DNA of 64,000 nucleotides from Oculina patagonica (Eukaryota): NCBI RefSeq assembly GCF_052425735.1, contig NC_135770.1, positions 28,024,001 to 28,088,000 of the forward strand, read 5' to 3'. Shown piece by piece: positions 12,639 to 24,917 of this stretch (position 1 is its first letter; each line of letters starts with the position of its first letter). The notes under the pieces were generated by a model. It saw only the letters and a program-made list of their open reading frames with translations, ran no database searches and was not told where the DNA came from. The position numbers and the translations under genes were made by a program.

Positions 12639-14953
12639 CTCTGGGGTTCGAACCCACGACCTCCCGCACGGCAGTCCGGCGCTCTACCAACTGAGCTAAC
12701 CAGGCGGCGGTCAATTTAAAAAATGATTGAAAGGTGTCTAAGAGATTTTAGCTGGTATTGAAAGGCATTCCATACACATAGGGGGAGAATATACCTGATA
12801 AATTATACTGATTTTTTTAAACGCCCGTAGGCTTAAATTAAACTGAGGCTTATTATCGAAGAGTTTCCTTTGTTTCTTATGAGTGAGAGGGATAAAAAGA
12901 GGAAAGAGGGCCTTTTGACAGGCATCTTATGGTATAACCTTTATATTGATTTTACTTACTGTGAAAATCAGAACTCGGGTCGCATACAAAGCTACTGGAG
13001 CAGTTCCTCATCTCCATTTCAGTGGAAGAGCCAGGAAAAATCGACATGCTGAGTTTCATTGTCATACATCTATCAAGGTACGGCTCACATGTAATGCGCC
13101 CAGTTTTCACACCGTTACACGCCATTTCCGCTCCCGGTCCACCAGTAGCCTTGCACCCAGCAAGGCACTCAAGGCTCATAGCTGCAATTAACGCAAATTG
13201 AAATATTTATAAACGATTCAAGAATTTTCAGCTTGTTAAATTTAGCAGGAAAGAAGCTAGAGGTGTCCGGTTACAGCTTGCATGAAGATAAGGACTCGGT
13301 TTATCGGTGTAAAGGTTATGCTGCCAAGATTTGTAAAGGAAAACGGTCTGTTCGAGAGACAATAAGAGATTTATTGTACGAGTGAACAGATCGGACTTTT
13401 AGGTGCATGTAATGGAAATTAGAAAACAGTCCGCTCTGTTCAAAAGTCCGATCTACCAAAGTTTGCTATCACCTTAGTGGGTAGGTCTGTGGACTAAGGA
13501 AATAAAACAACCCAGTTGTAACACTCCCTGCACCCTCGACTTGTGTGTATCTTATTTACGGACACAAAACTTGTTCAACCTGTAAAGGTTTACGTAAATT
13601 CTCCAAATGAAATTAATGCGGCAGTGGTTTTATTTTATGCTTACACGGTTTTCGGTTCCAAGTGAATACAGTTCAAAAGAGAAATGTTGGGAAACAGAAA
13701 GAATTCCATGTGGAGTATAAACTCGGTTTTTTGCTAAATTCGGGTCCAAAACCTTCACAATGCTGACAGATTTATTGATTCTATCTACAGTATATCAATA
13801 GACGAAAATTTTGCACACTACTGTATTAAACTCCACACCGGTGATTGAGTTTACTCTTAAAAAAAGTCAATATTATTGTTCGCATTTGCATACTCATTGA
13901 AAGATGTGTCACTCAAATGGAACAAATGTTTTTCACCCTCTAGCCATGCAATTGTCAAATATTATAATGTGTTTTCTTAATCACAGACACTAAATCTAAA
14001 GCTTCGAGAAAATCATAATCACAACGAAAAGCAGCAAAGGTTAAATTTTAAATTTAAAGACAACGAAAAACCGTTAATCGTTTGTCTGGTTTTGCAGCCG
14101 TTGTAGTTGAATGCGCCGCTCTTTTGGTTTTCGTGACCAACTGTTTTGTTTGCTTTTGTGCATTGATTGAGCTCGCGTCTGATTTGCAACCGCAATATCA
14201 ACATGTCAAAAACAAATTAAACGTATTAACGGATTTTGGATTTCAGCAGTAACGCTCACCGTAATGGCGTTTTAGATAACACCGGGTAGATAGTCTCTCA
14301 ATTTGAAACTAATTAAGTTGCATCAGTACAAAGTAAAAAGTTTATAGTAATTTTCCATTCCTTTGCAAAAAAAGCCAAAATATGACTTGACTTTCTAATT
14401 TTTGCATGAAGCTTTGTGACTCGTGAAAGTCGCAACGGATGGTTTGTCAACCGCCTGAAGTTTGGGTCCTGCAGTGATTTCTGAAAGGAAAATGTGAAAT
14501 TTATGTCTGGGCGGGAGAGCATAATTTCTTCAGTTAAGAATCATTAAAAACGATGTTCGGACATAATCCTGTACTTGCCGCAATCCTAATTACATAGATG
14601 ATTATGTGTTTTGGAGGGAAGGGGTGGTGGTTGATTTTTACAGCCATGGATGGCCAAACTAACAAATTGTTTTAGTTAGAGCCCTCGATTTTCTCGACAG
14701 AAAAACCGAGGCTTAGCTATCGAAATCGACGAACATCCGAGCAAGTTTAGAACCTCAAAGAATGAATAAAAGAGAATCCTGCTGATTTGTTGATCTTGCC
14801 AGATCGTTAAATTGGAGGAGCGCAAAAGGAAGCAAGACTCTGTAAAATCGAAATCAAGAAACTCTCAAATGCACTGTACGCAAATTATGTTCACTTACCG
14901 GCTGGAAGCGAAAGGTAGAGAATACAAGCGCCAACAAGCCACAGTTTCATCAT
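11967..14953 (-). CDS. Ly6/uPAR three-finger protein C, three exons, predicted secreted (no GPI tail)
   Basis: Exons 14953(or 14950)-14899, 13181-12960 and 12100-11967, all GT-AG phase 1. Protein: MMKLWLVGACILYLSLPAAMSLECLAGCKATGGPGAEMACNGVKTGRITCEPYLDRCMTMKLSMSIFPGSSTEMEMRNCSSSFVCDPSSDFHMCSLVNSTGVFSECSMRCCHGDMCNGPKPAHVADFVRRLFGRFN. 12 Cys in the mature domain. Confidence 0.88.
12333..12711 (-). mobile_element. Full-length tRNA-derived SINE (Nin-domain-like) in intron 2 of gene C
   Basis: Minus strand: A box TAGCTCAGTTGGTAG, B box GGTTCGAACCC, central TGGTTAGAC..TCTAGTCTTC..AAGGACGATAAACCGTAGG..ACGTTAAAGAACCCAC, 3' GCGCATT..AATGCGC stem followed by TATATAAAT and an ATT-rich tail. Confidence 0.8.
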
Positions 14954-16401
14954 GTCAGCTGAGATGTATATTTTCCCTTGTTCAGAGACAACCAATTTAA
15001 TGCGTGCTCTTCTAGCTCTGACTCTGGCTCTGACTGGTCAATGTAACGGACGAAACTAAACACTGCTTAAAACCAGACAGTTACGTCACATCCTTGAAAA
15101 CATCAACCAATCAGGGAAGGCAGAAAACAGTTAATTCAGGCGCGATCCTTTTAACGACAAAATCTGGTTTAAATTTTCAAATATTTCGAATGAAACGTTA
15201 TCTTCCACTTGACTGAACAGGTCTCGTTCCATTCCAGCTCGGAGCAAATTTCCCGCCGAGATTCAAATTAAAATGATCGATGGCGGATTTTAGGTTAATC
15301 TTGTTTGTTTGTCCCGAAGAACAACAATGACATGTCGTTAGCAGCTTTATAAAGTGAACAAATTGATTATTTTGAACTCAATCTTCCCAGGCATGAGGCT
15401 TAAGCATAATCTGGGCACGAAAAAGAAACGTGTGAGCTTCTCAGCTCTTCAAAGAGTTTGTCCGTGCTAAACGGAATACTCTCAGGAAATCTGTCGACGC
15501 AGACATACATGTCGAATACAAATTGAACAGAAATCTGCTAGTGTTTCCAATTTCCATAACGGGTAACACGAAATGCACACGGATATGTTACATAACCTGA
15601 CGGTCATGCTTCTACCTTATGCTGACCTATGCTTCGAGGTTGATTGTCGCAAGGGCTCAAACCTGGGTTCCCCCGAAAGTTTGAACACTCCTGTCATTCA
15701 AGGGCCAAAGCTGTTAGTTATGTATAAAGCAAATTCAAAATTCAAAGCTGTACAGACTAAACCTTGTCTTACTTATTTTCTAAGAGAACTTCTTGAGCGA
15801 AAGACGGAGGTAAGGAGGTGTACCAGCTTACACAAACATAAGGACTTGTCGACAATATAAGCACTAGGTTTCCGAGAGAAGAGAGAAATTTTGGAAAATA
15901 CCAAGATAATATTATACAAAAGAACAAATCAGTTCTCTAAAGCTAATATTTACAGTTGGTCAACATAAGTCATATAAACCTTTAGCGTCATTTGCATTGC
16001 GCGAGTTAAAAGATATTTCATTCAGGTGCAGCATATTTTTTTCCCACTTTTTAGAAAACTTTTCGCCAAAGAAATTAGTTTTTCTAATTCGGAATAGTCA
16101 AGTTTATTATTAACTTTACATTTTTTACTTAATGTGTAGCTTTAGAGTAACCACAACACAAAGCAACGGTAAAATATTGAATTTGTCTATAACTGAAAAA
16201 ACCGTTTGTCTGCCCTTTACGGATGGATGCCCCTTTGGTGTTGTTGTTTTCTTTTTTAAACTTAAACTTTCACTTCGTTTTTGCCGATAAAACTAGCAAT
16301 AAAAAGACTAAAGGGAAGAACATTTTTTTGCAAAGAAAAGACTAGCACGGTTTCGTGTCTAGTTTGCATTTTTGTGGATTGCTATTGTGCATCTGATTGC
16401 A

Positions 16402-16670
16402 GTGGAGGGGGACAGGGGGGCGGGAACCCGGGAGAAAAGGGGCGGGAAGCGGGAGGAGAGAGGGCGGGAAGCGGGATTCTTAAGGTGGCGGGAACCGGGA
16501 GAAAATGAGTGAAATTTCGTAACATTTCATTATATTTTGCAATAGACATGGAGCAAACAGGAGAGAACAGCTACGAAAAGGGGCGGGAGGCAGGAGTAAA
16601 AGGTACGGGAAGCGGGAGTAAAAGGTACGGGAGGCGGGAGGTTCAGACCCCCCCTGTCCCCCCCCCCCAC
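16402..16670. mobile_element. G-rich MITE with 6-bp TSD
   Basis: gtggagggggacaggggg..ccccctgtcccccccccccac inverted ends, attgca on both sides, internal (GCGGGA)-type repeats. Confidence 0.7.
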
Positions 16671-17434
16671 ATTGCAGGGCCTGAGCTACACAATTAAAGT
16701 TAGCTCACTTGTCGACAGTAATCCAGTGGATAGTATGCCGGCGAGAAAAGGACCTCATGTCGTGGACGTTTTTGCATTGTTTTGAGTTTTCATAGTTTTA
16801 GAAAGTATGTCAGTAAGGTAGGGTTGAGTAGGCGCGAGATAGAAGTTGGGGAAGGAGAGGGTAGCGAGTCGGTTCAATCAGGATATCGAGTTTGTGTAAC
16901 TGCCAAAAATAATATTTTAAATAATACTTTGAATATTTTTCTGCAAAGGGTAAAGAGGTTTATTTGGCCAATACCAATCACGTATTTTCAGTCATCTTGT
17001 GGGAACTGTATGAAAATGTCATAAACACAGTAAACTGTTGGAAGTTGCAAATGGCCAGTTTTAACCAGTCTTAATTAAATTATACTTGTTAAAGGAAGCT
17101 TTTATGCTCTATCATGGTAAATCACGGCACAAACAAATAAGGTATGCTAACAACAAAAACAGATTATAGCAAAGTTCTTTATAACAGTAAATTACAGACT
17201 TGTATTCAATGTCATGCTAGTACACTGAGATGAAGTTTATTCAAGTGCCAGTAGAACGCTTTTACCGCTAACCAATAATAGCCGTTTTCCGCACTACCAA
17301 GATATACCACACATTGTTCTCTTGTTAGAGAACAGGACTACAAAAAAGTACAAGCTAAGTTTTTTTTCTGCCAATTTATCACTTCACATCAGACTACTGA
17401 ATTCCTCCCAACACTGTTCAATACTTCGCTTCGC

Positions 17435-18099
17435 TCAAGAATTAGAAATAAGGCTCAACAACGACGCCAGGGCGCATACCAACAACAGGAAACCGCTGAC
17501 GCGAAAGGCTGAACCGTCGTTGCAGTTGTCTTTGTCACTACAGCACGAGATATCACAAGTGATGTCAGACCCTGCGCCTTCTTTACAGATGGGGTTTTTG
17601 TCGCTGTCGCATGCGAGCTTGGGAGAGCAGCCCTTATAGTACAACTCTCGTCCGCCAACGTTCCAATGAACTTTAATACACTGGTCATCAGTCGGAGGGC
17701 ATTCGATTTTCTTGTCGTTACAATCTTCCCATGAGGTCTCGCTCGAACACGCATTACACTCCAGGCTTGACGCTGAAAAAAGAAAACGAACATGTAACGT
17801 TCGTTACAGGGGAGGGGTGGCGCAGTGGTGAGAGCGCTCGCCTCCCACCAATGTGGCCCGGGTTCGATTCCCGGACTCGCGTCATATGTGGGTTGATGTT
17901 GTTGTTGGTTCTCGTCCTTGCTCCGAGGGTTATTCCCCGGGTTCTCCGGTCTTCCTCCCTCCACAAAAACCAACACTTCCAAATTCCAATTCGATCGGGA
18001 ATACACAGCCCACAAGCTTATAGCTTTAATTCTCACCGTGTCCAAATATAGGTAATTTATTTATTTATTTGTTTATTTATTTATTTATTTTTTGGTTAC

Positions 18100-18138
<39 letters not shown>

Positions 18139-20171
18139 TTACGTAACGTATTGAACATAAAACGTTTATCACTGACTTTGTTCACTGTTTTTAAAAATGT
18201 TTCTGCTAGTTCTTAAAGCCTAAATCATCACTACTCGTCAGTACAAGTATTTAGTATTTGTTCTTTAAAAAATTCTTCTGATTGTAAAGCCCCTTATACC
18301 CACTGTTATGACAATATTTCAGAGACTTTCAAATATTCACCTTATTATTACAAAACTTGATTTGTGTTTCACATCCCTGTGTTTAGAGTTTAATACGCTG
18401 TATTCTTGCGTACGCTTAAAATGCTTGGTATAAGCCCGACCATTTGTAACATTTTTAAAACGGATAATTTTAGGGCCCTCTAACAATATGCTTGTTTTGG
18501 ACAGAAAAAGATAAGCCTAAAGCTTGTTGACGGTATTAGATTCTAACGGTATATTCGTCTTTTATCCGGACGTTTCTTACCCAAGGGTCGGTCGCACAGT
18601 CTACCGCATTTTTTTCTCGCGTACGCAAAAATTAAGCGCAAACAATGTATAAATGTTGTTTATAGTGATTGATACACTTAGCTACACTAAGCTGTAGTTC
18701 TCAGGCATGACACCCAAACTGAAACGAAAGGTTCTTTTAACATACGCATAAATTTTCAAAACAGCTTACTGCATATCTTCTTAATCCACTAATACATAAT
18801 TAAGTCAATGTTAATTTTCATTTCTTTTTTGTCCTGATAATATATTTTTTTCATTTTTTGCTATCGTGGATGGAAAATCCAGAAACGCAAAAAAGCGAAG
18901 GAATGATAGTAACATGATAAAAGTCCAAAGATACAAGAAAACTTCCCGTTACTGAAAACCGCGGGGGAAGAAAGCCATGTTCTTAGTAAGTTAAAGTGAA
19001 TGCAGACTTTGTATGTAACATTGGTGCTTAGTGGAATAAACGCCTTGCCAACTGCAGTAATTTACATAACAGTCGGTTTGCCTTGTGGCCGAATTCATTT
19101 ACCTCTCTTGACCTGAATGAATTAATTTAAATTGAAATTTGAGATGGAAAATACACCTGTAAAATATAATTGCTGATCTTTAACAACCACAAAAGTCTCT
19201 CGTGAGTGAAGCAATTTTATCTCAAAATTAACGTACCCATATCGCAGTGATTTTTTTCTTTTCTTTTTGGAACTTAAAGATTATTCCAATACAGAACCTA
19301 GCGATAAGGGTATTTATATAACAGAAAGTATTAAATAAATAAATACTCTGACCTCGCCTTACTGAATCACAATTCAACTTTGTGGTAGCTTCAGGGAATA
19401 CGTTTTGATACAGTCGAAGCTCTCTTTAATAACGGACACTCTCGTAAGCGGACATCTCCACCTACGGCCGCCATGTTTGAAACCCCGTTTTAACTCCCAT
19501 ACAAACTCTGTATTTTTACATTCCCGTTAGCAGACATTCCCGTAAGCGGCCGCGGGCTCTTTCAGAGATTACGACTTAAACTTTTTCTTTGTTAAAAGCT
19601 TATGTAAGCGGAAACCCCAAAGAAAATCCTATTAACAACCTCTGTATCTTGTTTTTATCAATAAACTTCACATCGCCGTTCGTCACAATGATTTTACAAG
19701 AGTTACACTACCATATTTCAGTGTTTGTTTTGTTGTCATCCACGTCCGTCCAGTTATTGTTAGCTGGGGAAGCTCCCGTAAGCGGCCATCTATCCCCTAC
19801 ACCTCTAGTGGCCGCTTACGAAAACCATCCTCGTAATCGGCCAGCTCCAGTTACGGACACTTTTTTCGCGTCCCGAGGGTGTCCGCTTACGAGAGCTTCG
19901 ACTGTACCTAGTAATCAAGGTCACACTATCTAACGCCAAAAAAAAGATTTTGCTTTAAGTCATTTTAAAAAAAATTTGTTTCTTCGCCGTTCTATATAAA
20001 CGGATCGCTCACGATTTTTTAATTATCCACAAGCTTTCACAGCAATTTATCTGGCATGCATTTGTTTATCTAGACACTGTCTAGCCCTTGTATTTCTAGG
20101 GTTTATTTTAAGAACTCACCGTTATGAATTGCGACGATCAAGAAAATACACGCGATCGCTTGTATTTTCAT
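17435..20171 (-). CDS. Ly6/uPAR three-finger protein D, predicted GPI-anchored
   Basis: Exons 20171-20120 (MKIQAIACIFLIVAIHN, G|GTGAGT) and 17772-17435. Exon 2 is in frame: ASSLECNACSSETSWEDCNDKKIECPPTDDQCIKVHWNVGGRELYYKGC...CCSDKDNCNDGSAFRVSGFLLLVCALASLLSLISNS. Confidence 0.92.
17808..18140 (+). mobile_element. tRNA-derived SINE (V-domain-like) with (TTTA)n tail, in the intron of gene D
   Basis: A box TGGCGCAGTGG, B box GGTTCGATTCC, core CCGGGTTCTCCGGTCTTCCTCCC, about 85 bp of (TTTA)n. Confidence 0.85.
19411..19904. mobile_element. Tc1/pogo-type MITE with TA TSD
   Basis: TA-cagtcgaagctctc ... gagagcttcgactg-TA, with internal (cgtaagcggac) subrepeats. Confidence 0.85.
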
Positions 20172-21497
20172 CTTGTCTAGTTCTTGAAAGAAGGAAAGGT
20201 AGTTAGTTGAACTTCGTTCAATCTTCAGTGATCAGTGCTTCGAATATTTGAAAATGCTGATTTCGATGCTAAGGGAACACTCCCTGTAAATTCGTCAACC
20301 AATCCGGTTAAGTTTGCTTATAATATAAATAGTTGCCAGAGCAACTGGAAATGTCAAAAGGATTGCTGTTTCTTAGCTGACACTTGAGCTTCGAGGCTTT
20401 TTAATGACTTCATGTACTAAACTACTGCTTGGTCCCAAATAATAAGGTGTTTGTGTAGATCTGGTTAGACAGTGCTAAATTCTTGATTAACGACCGATAC
20501 TAACAAATCTAGCCTGTTCTAGGACTTCGGTCAGTGAGCGAGCGCGAGCGATGCCAGCTGAAGTGGCAGTGTTCCAGGCTGTCGGTCACCTACATATATA
20601 GCACTGCATGAAAACCATACAGCTCCGTCACATCCTTGAATTCTATAAGCAATCACGAAGACAGAGAGTAAAACTCTGGGTGGGAGCAGTTGTTACAACG
20701 AAAAGAAAATCGGCTTGAAAAAAAACCGTATTTTTCACTTGACTGAAAAGGTCTGGTTCCATTCCTGGTCGGAATAAATTTCCCGTCGAGATTCAAATTA
20801 AAATGGCGGATTTTACTCGAGTTCGACTCTTGACCCCAGTTGTTCAAAAGATGGATCCACCGGATAAAATATTTCACTTTGTGGCAGTTTCTAGGTCGTG
20901 TAGTGGATGGTGCAATCACCAAATGGCGTACAACAAAGGGTTCGAAGACAATACAAAAAATTTAAACCAATGCAAGGCTGATCGGACAGCTAAAAAGGCT
21001 AAATATATTTTATTGCCCAATATTTCGGCCGATCCTGATCTACGCCAAGATCCGGCTTCACTTCGCTGCTGTTTGTACAAGTGTTCCTTGCATTATGCCA
21101 GAGGCACCTAATAAAAAAAATACCCAAACCATAGCACAATAAACCTTTTCACGGTTTCCTTTTCTCGTTTGTATTACAATAGAGTTGATTCAGAGCGGAT
21201 GCAAGGCAATTTCGAGCAAATTTGTAGTCATTGCCCCAAATTACCTGGCTACCACGTTAAATTTTATTTTTAATCTGTTTATTTTGTTTTATTAGTAACC
21301 AATAATAGTTTCCAAAACACCGAAGCATACCCCACGTTGTTCTCTTTTTGGAAAACAGGATCACAAAAATTACAAGCTTATTCTACGAAAACAGATTATT
21401 ACACAGTGTTCTGTACAACAAAAAACGATTGTATTTTAAAAGTTAATTTTCTGCCAAATGAACTTCACATCAGAACACTTAATTCCTCCCAACGCTG

Positions 21498-22306
21498 TTA
21501 AATACATCGCCCCGCACAAGAGCAAGAAACAAGAGTTAACAACGACGCTAGGGCGCATGCCAACAATAGCAAACCGCTGACGCGAAAGGCTGAACCGTTG
21601 TTGCAGTTGTCTTTGTCATTACAGCACGAGATATCACAACTCATGTCAGACCCCACGCCCTCTTTACAGATGGGGTTTTTGGCGCTCTCGCACGCGAATG
21701 AGGGTGAGCAGCTCTTTAAGAACATCTCATGTTCGCCAACTTCTACGTGAAGTTTGATACACTGGTCGTCAGTCGGTGGGCATTCGATTTTCGTAGCGTT
21801 ACAACCTTCCCATGACGATGTGCTGTAACAAAAATAGCACTCCAAGCTCCACGCTGGAAAAAAAGAAAGCAAATACGTAATGTTTGGGTGGCCTTAAAAG
21901 CGCGCGCACGAGTTCAGCGCACGAGAAAATTTAAAAATTAATTCATTTGCACCCAGCGATAAGGAAAATTATATAACAGACGGTGTTGAATAAATAAATG
22001 GTTGAACTTCGTTGTGCAGCATCACAATTTAACTTTAGGCTATAAGCTTCGCTCCCTAGAAATCAATGTCAGAATACTAAAGGCCGAAAAGGAGTTGAGC
22101 AATGTCTCCAACAAAATGTGTGTCTTCGCCTTTCGTTAAGAAATGCATTTCTCATCATTTTAGTTAATTCTTTGTTTCAACAGTTATTTATCTAACACTT
22201 CAAGTGTTTATTTCCAGCCCTGTCTTTTTAAATACGTTTTTTACCAGTACTTACCGTGTTGAATTGCAATGATCAAGAAAATAAATCCAATCACTTGTAT
22301 TTTCAT
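21498..22306 (-). CDS. Ly6/uPAR three-finger protein E, predicted GPI-anchored (close paralog of D)
   Basis: Exons 22306-22255 (MKIQVIGFIFLIIAIQH, G|GTAAGT) and 21853-21498 (AWSLECYFC...CCNDKDNCNNGSAFRVSGLLLLACALASLLTLV...). Confidence 0.92.
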
Positions 22307-23336
22307 CTTGTCTGGCTCTTGAAAGGAGGAAAGGTAGTTAGGCTTCGTTCAATCAGGCTTCAGTGTTCATGTGCTCCGAAAATTAAACTTGAAAATGCTG
22401 ATGGCCACGCCCTGTAAATTTGTCAACCAATAAAAAGTCGCTATAGTAACTGGAATTGTCGCAAGAAGAACTAAAATAAAAAAGGACCGTTTCTTAGCTA
22501 CCCTTAATAGTTGCCTTCAACTTAATCGTTGCTAAGGTCCAAACATGTGTAGCTTCTTAATTCTTAACTTAAGGTACTAAGCTCCTGCTTAATTGCAAAT
22601 AATTAAACGCGTACTTAGGCTGGATAGTGCTAAATGTTCGTTGACGACCGATACTAACAAATGGTTGCTTAGTTCCGAAAACAAGCAAGTGTCTGTTATG
22701 AATATAACGATAATTTTCTTTGTGATATTTTCAAGTCTAAATTAAACGAATATGTCAGATGGGGCTTTCGTTCAAACTCTGAGTAAAATTCAAAATACCT
22801 TGGCTGCGCCTTAGTATTTAAAAAAAGGGATAATTTTGTCACCCCCATAAAATAGCGCGACGAGTATATATATGAATTAATTTCTAATATTCTGTTCATT
22901 TTACGGTATTGTATTTAAAAGCTTTTTTGTGCTTTTGGACACTAAACTTAATTTAATATACAAATAAGGCAAAACAAATGTCAATGCTAAAACATGCAGT
23001 TCTTGCTAGTAGGTTTTCGGAGTTCTCAGCTCTGGTCACGTGAGTTTTTGAAGTATTTGTTTTGCAAAATTAGACTTGCTATATTTTCATGCTTACGTTT
23101 CAATTAATCTCTCTTCGGAAGGAAGTGCTTATGATACGCTGAAGGTAGTTGCCAGGCCTTAGATAACAAAACTGTGGCGATGTTCAGTTTAATACATTTT
23201 AATTTGAAATTAATTTTGTCAGCTGTTTAAACAAACTTTCAATTTTTTATTTGTGATTCCCCGTCCCAGTAACCCAAATCCCATTTTTCCAGTGAAAATT
23301 TGCCCAAATCACACTTTCCATTTTATCCCTTCAGGC

Positions 23337-23391
23337 CAACCCGTCCCAGGGCTTTTCCAATACCAAGGGAAAAGCCCTGGGAACGAGGTTG
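23337..23391. mobile_element. 55-bp hairpin micro-transposon (CAAC..GTTG) with 9-bp TSD
   Basis: ccttcaggc at 23328-23336 and 23392-23400. Confidence 0.75.
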
Positions 23392-24917
23392 CCTTCAGGC
23401 CCCTCTCCCAGCCAACTCAACAAACTTTCGGAACATTTTTCGAAGAGGGAAACAAATAGCTCCACCCTAGTTGTAAATTTTCTTCCCCTGTATATGGGAG
23501 AGCCTTGTAGAAACCTACACACTGCGTGCTACCGGCTAACCAGAGTGCTTTTTATTGGAAGAAGGATTGCAAACACTCTTACTCACCTCGTTTCCAGGGC
23601 TTTTACCCTGTAAATTAGACCCTTTAGTTCCCTTGGGCCCTGGGAAGTTTGGAACGAGGTTGGCCTTCAGGCCGGTTTGTCTATGCCTATGGTTCGATGT
23701 ACGAGGAGACGGGCGTATTTGACACACCTGTAACTTTCTGTTTGCAGTCGCGGGGGTAATCCACACTGGCCGAGAAGGTCAGGTTTGTCAACACACATAA
23801 TCTGTCGATAAAGTCCAGTTTTCTGAAACATTGCGCCAAACAAGTGTCCTTTTCTGAATGCAGAGAACCACCGTGACACAACAACAAAAATTAACCACTT
23901 GTTTATTATTATTATTTTTTTTTTTTTAATTTGAGGGCCGCCTCTCTTGTAATTCACTGGCAAAAAGTTCTAATTGCTACGTCGTGTGCGCGTGTTTAAG
24001 TTCCTCGCGAGTGGCGAGCACCGCGCGCGATATGCTCACGTTTCTCGCATCGCGCGTATTCGCTGATCGTTCGCTAATCGGCTCAGCTTACTGCATGTCC
24101 ACTTAATCTCGGTAAAATGGATGGACATAAGTTTTCTACGTTAACAGCTCTAGACCTTTCAAGACCTTGAGGGTATGATTTCCCGAGCCAAAATATATTA
24201 TCCCATTTCGTTGTCCATACATGGTAAATTAATGCGGCCAGCATTTCAATGCGTGACTTAAATATCCGAACGTCGCCAAGAAGTCACGAACCACAAAATG
24301 AAAAACATGTTTACCGAAATGGCAATCTGAGACATTTGTAAGCAAAACAAGCTGATGCAAGGAAAAGCACTTTAGATCGTACATTACTGAATGTTCAGGG
24401 AAGAAAGAAATCTAGACAGTAGAAGAGTTTTTACGAACAGATTTGCAAACGCCATTGCGTTACCAAAATGACTAAGAGATGGAATCCCAGCATACACGGG
24501 TCGGGCTGTGCTCTCTGGAGTAGGGAAGATTTCATAAAACAAATAATAAGTGAGAGATTGAAAGGAAAGTCAATTTTCGCTTTGATTTTAACTTGAATAG
24601 TTGTTTTACTGCGTCTAGTTACAATGGGCCTTTGTTTTTAACGTGAAAAGGATTAAAAAATTTGCAAATTTATTGAACGCCCCCTCCCCCCGAGAGACAC
24701 AATGTACAATACACGGTTGATTGAACATAACAATTATCTATTTATCGCGTATTTGAAATACAATGAGGCTGAATTAGGGCAGGGAATTTGTGTTATTTCT
24801 TTGTTTGCGGCACCATTCCCGGTGTTAGATCGAGTTGCATTCACTCACTGTAGTCTCTGCGATCGCTGCGATTTTCGTGTGAATCAGTGTTAAGCGATTT
24901 AAACATCTAACAGCAAA

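Noticed and set aside
12635-12711. Possible tRNA gene (minus strand)
   Set aside because: A and B boxes are present, but the sequence continues into a SINE body and LINE-like tail without a proper acceptor stem or terminator.
17455-18051. 196-aa and 106-aa ORFs
   Set aside because: Chance frames through the SINE and off-frame over exon 2 of Ly6 D.
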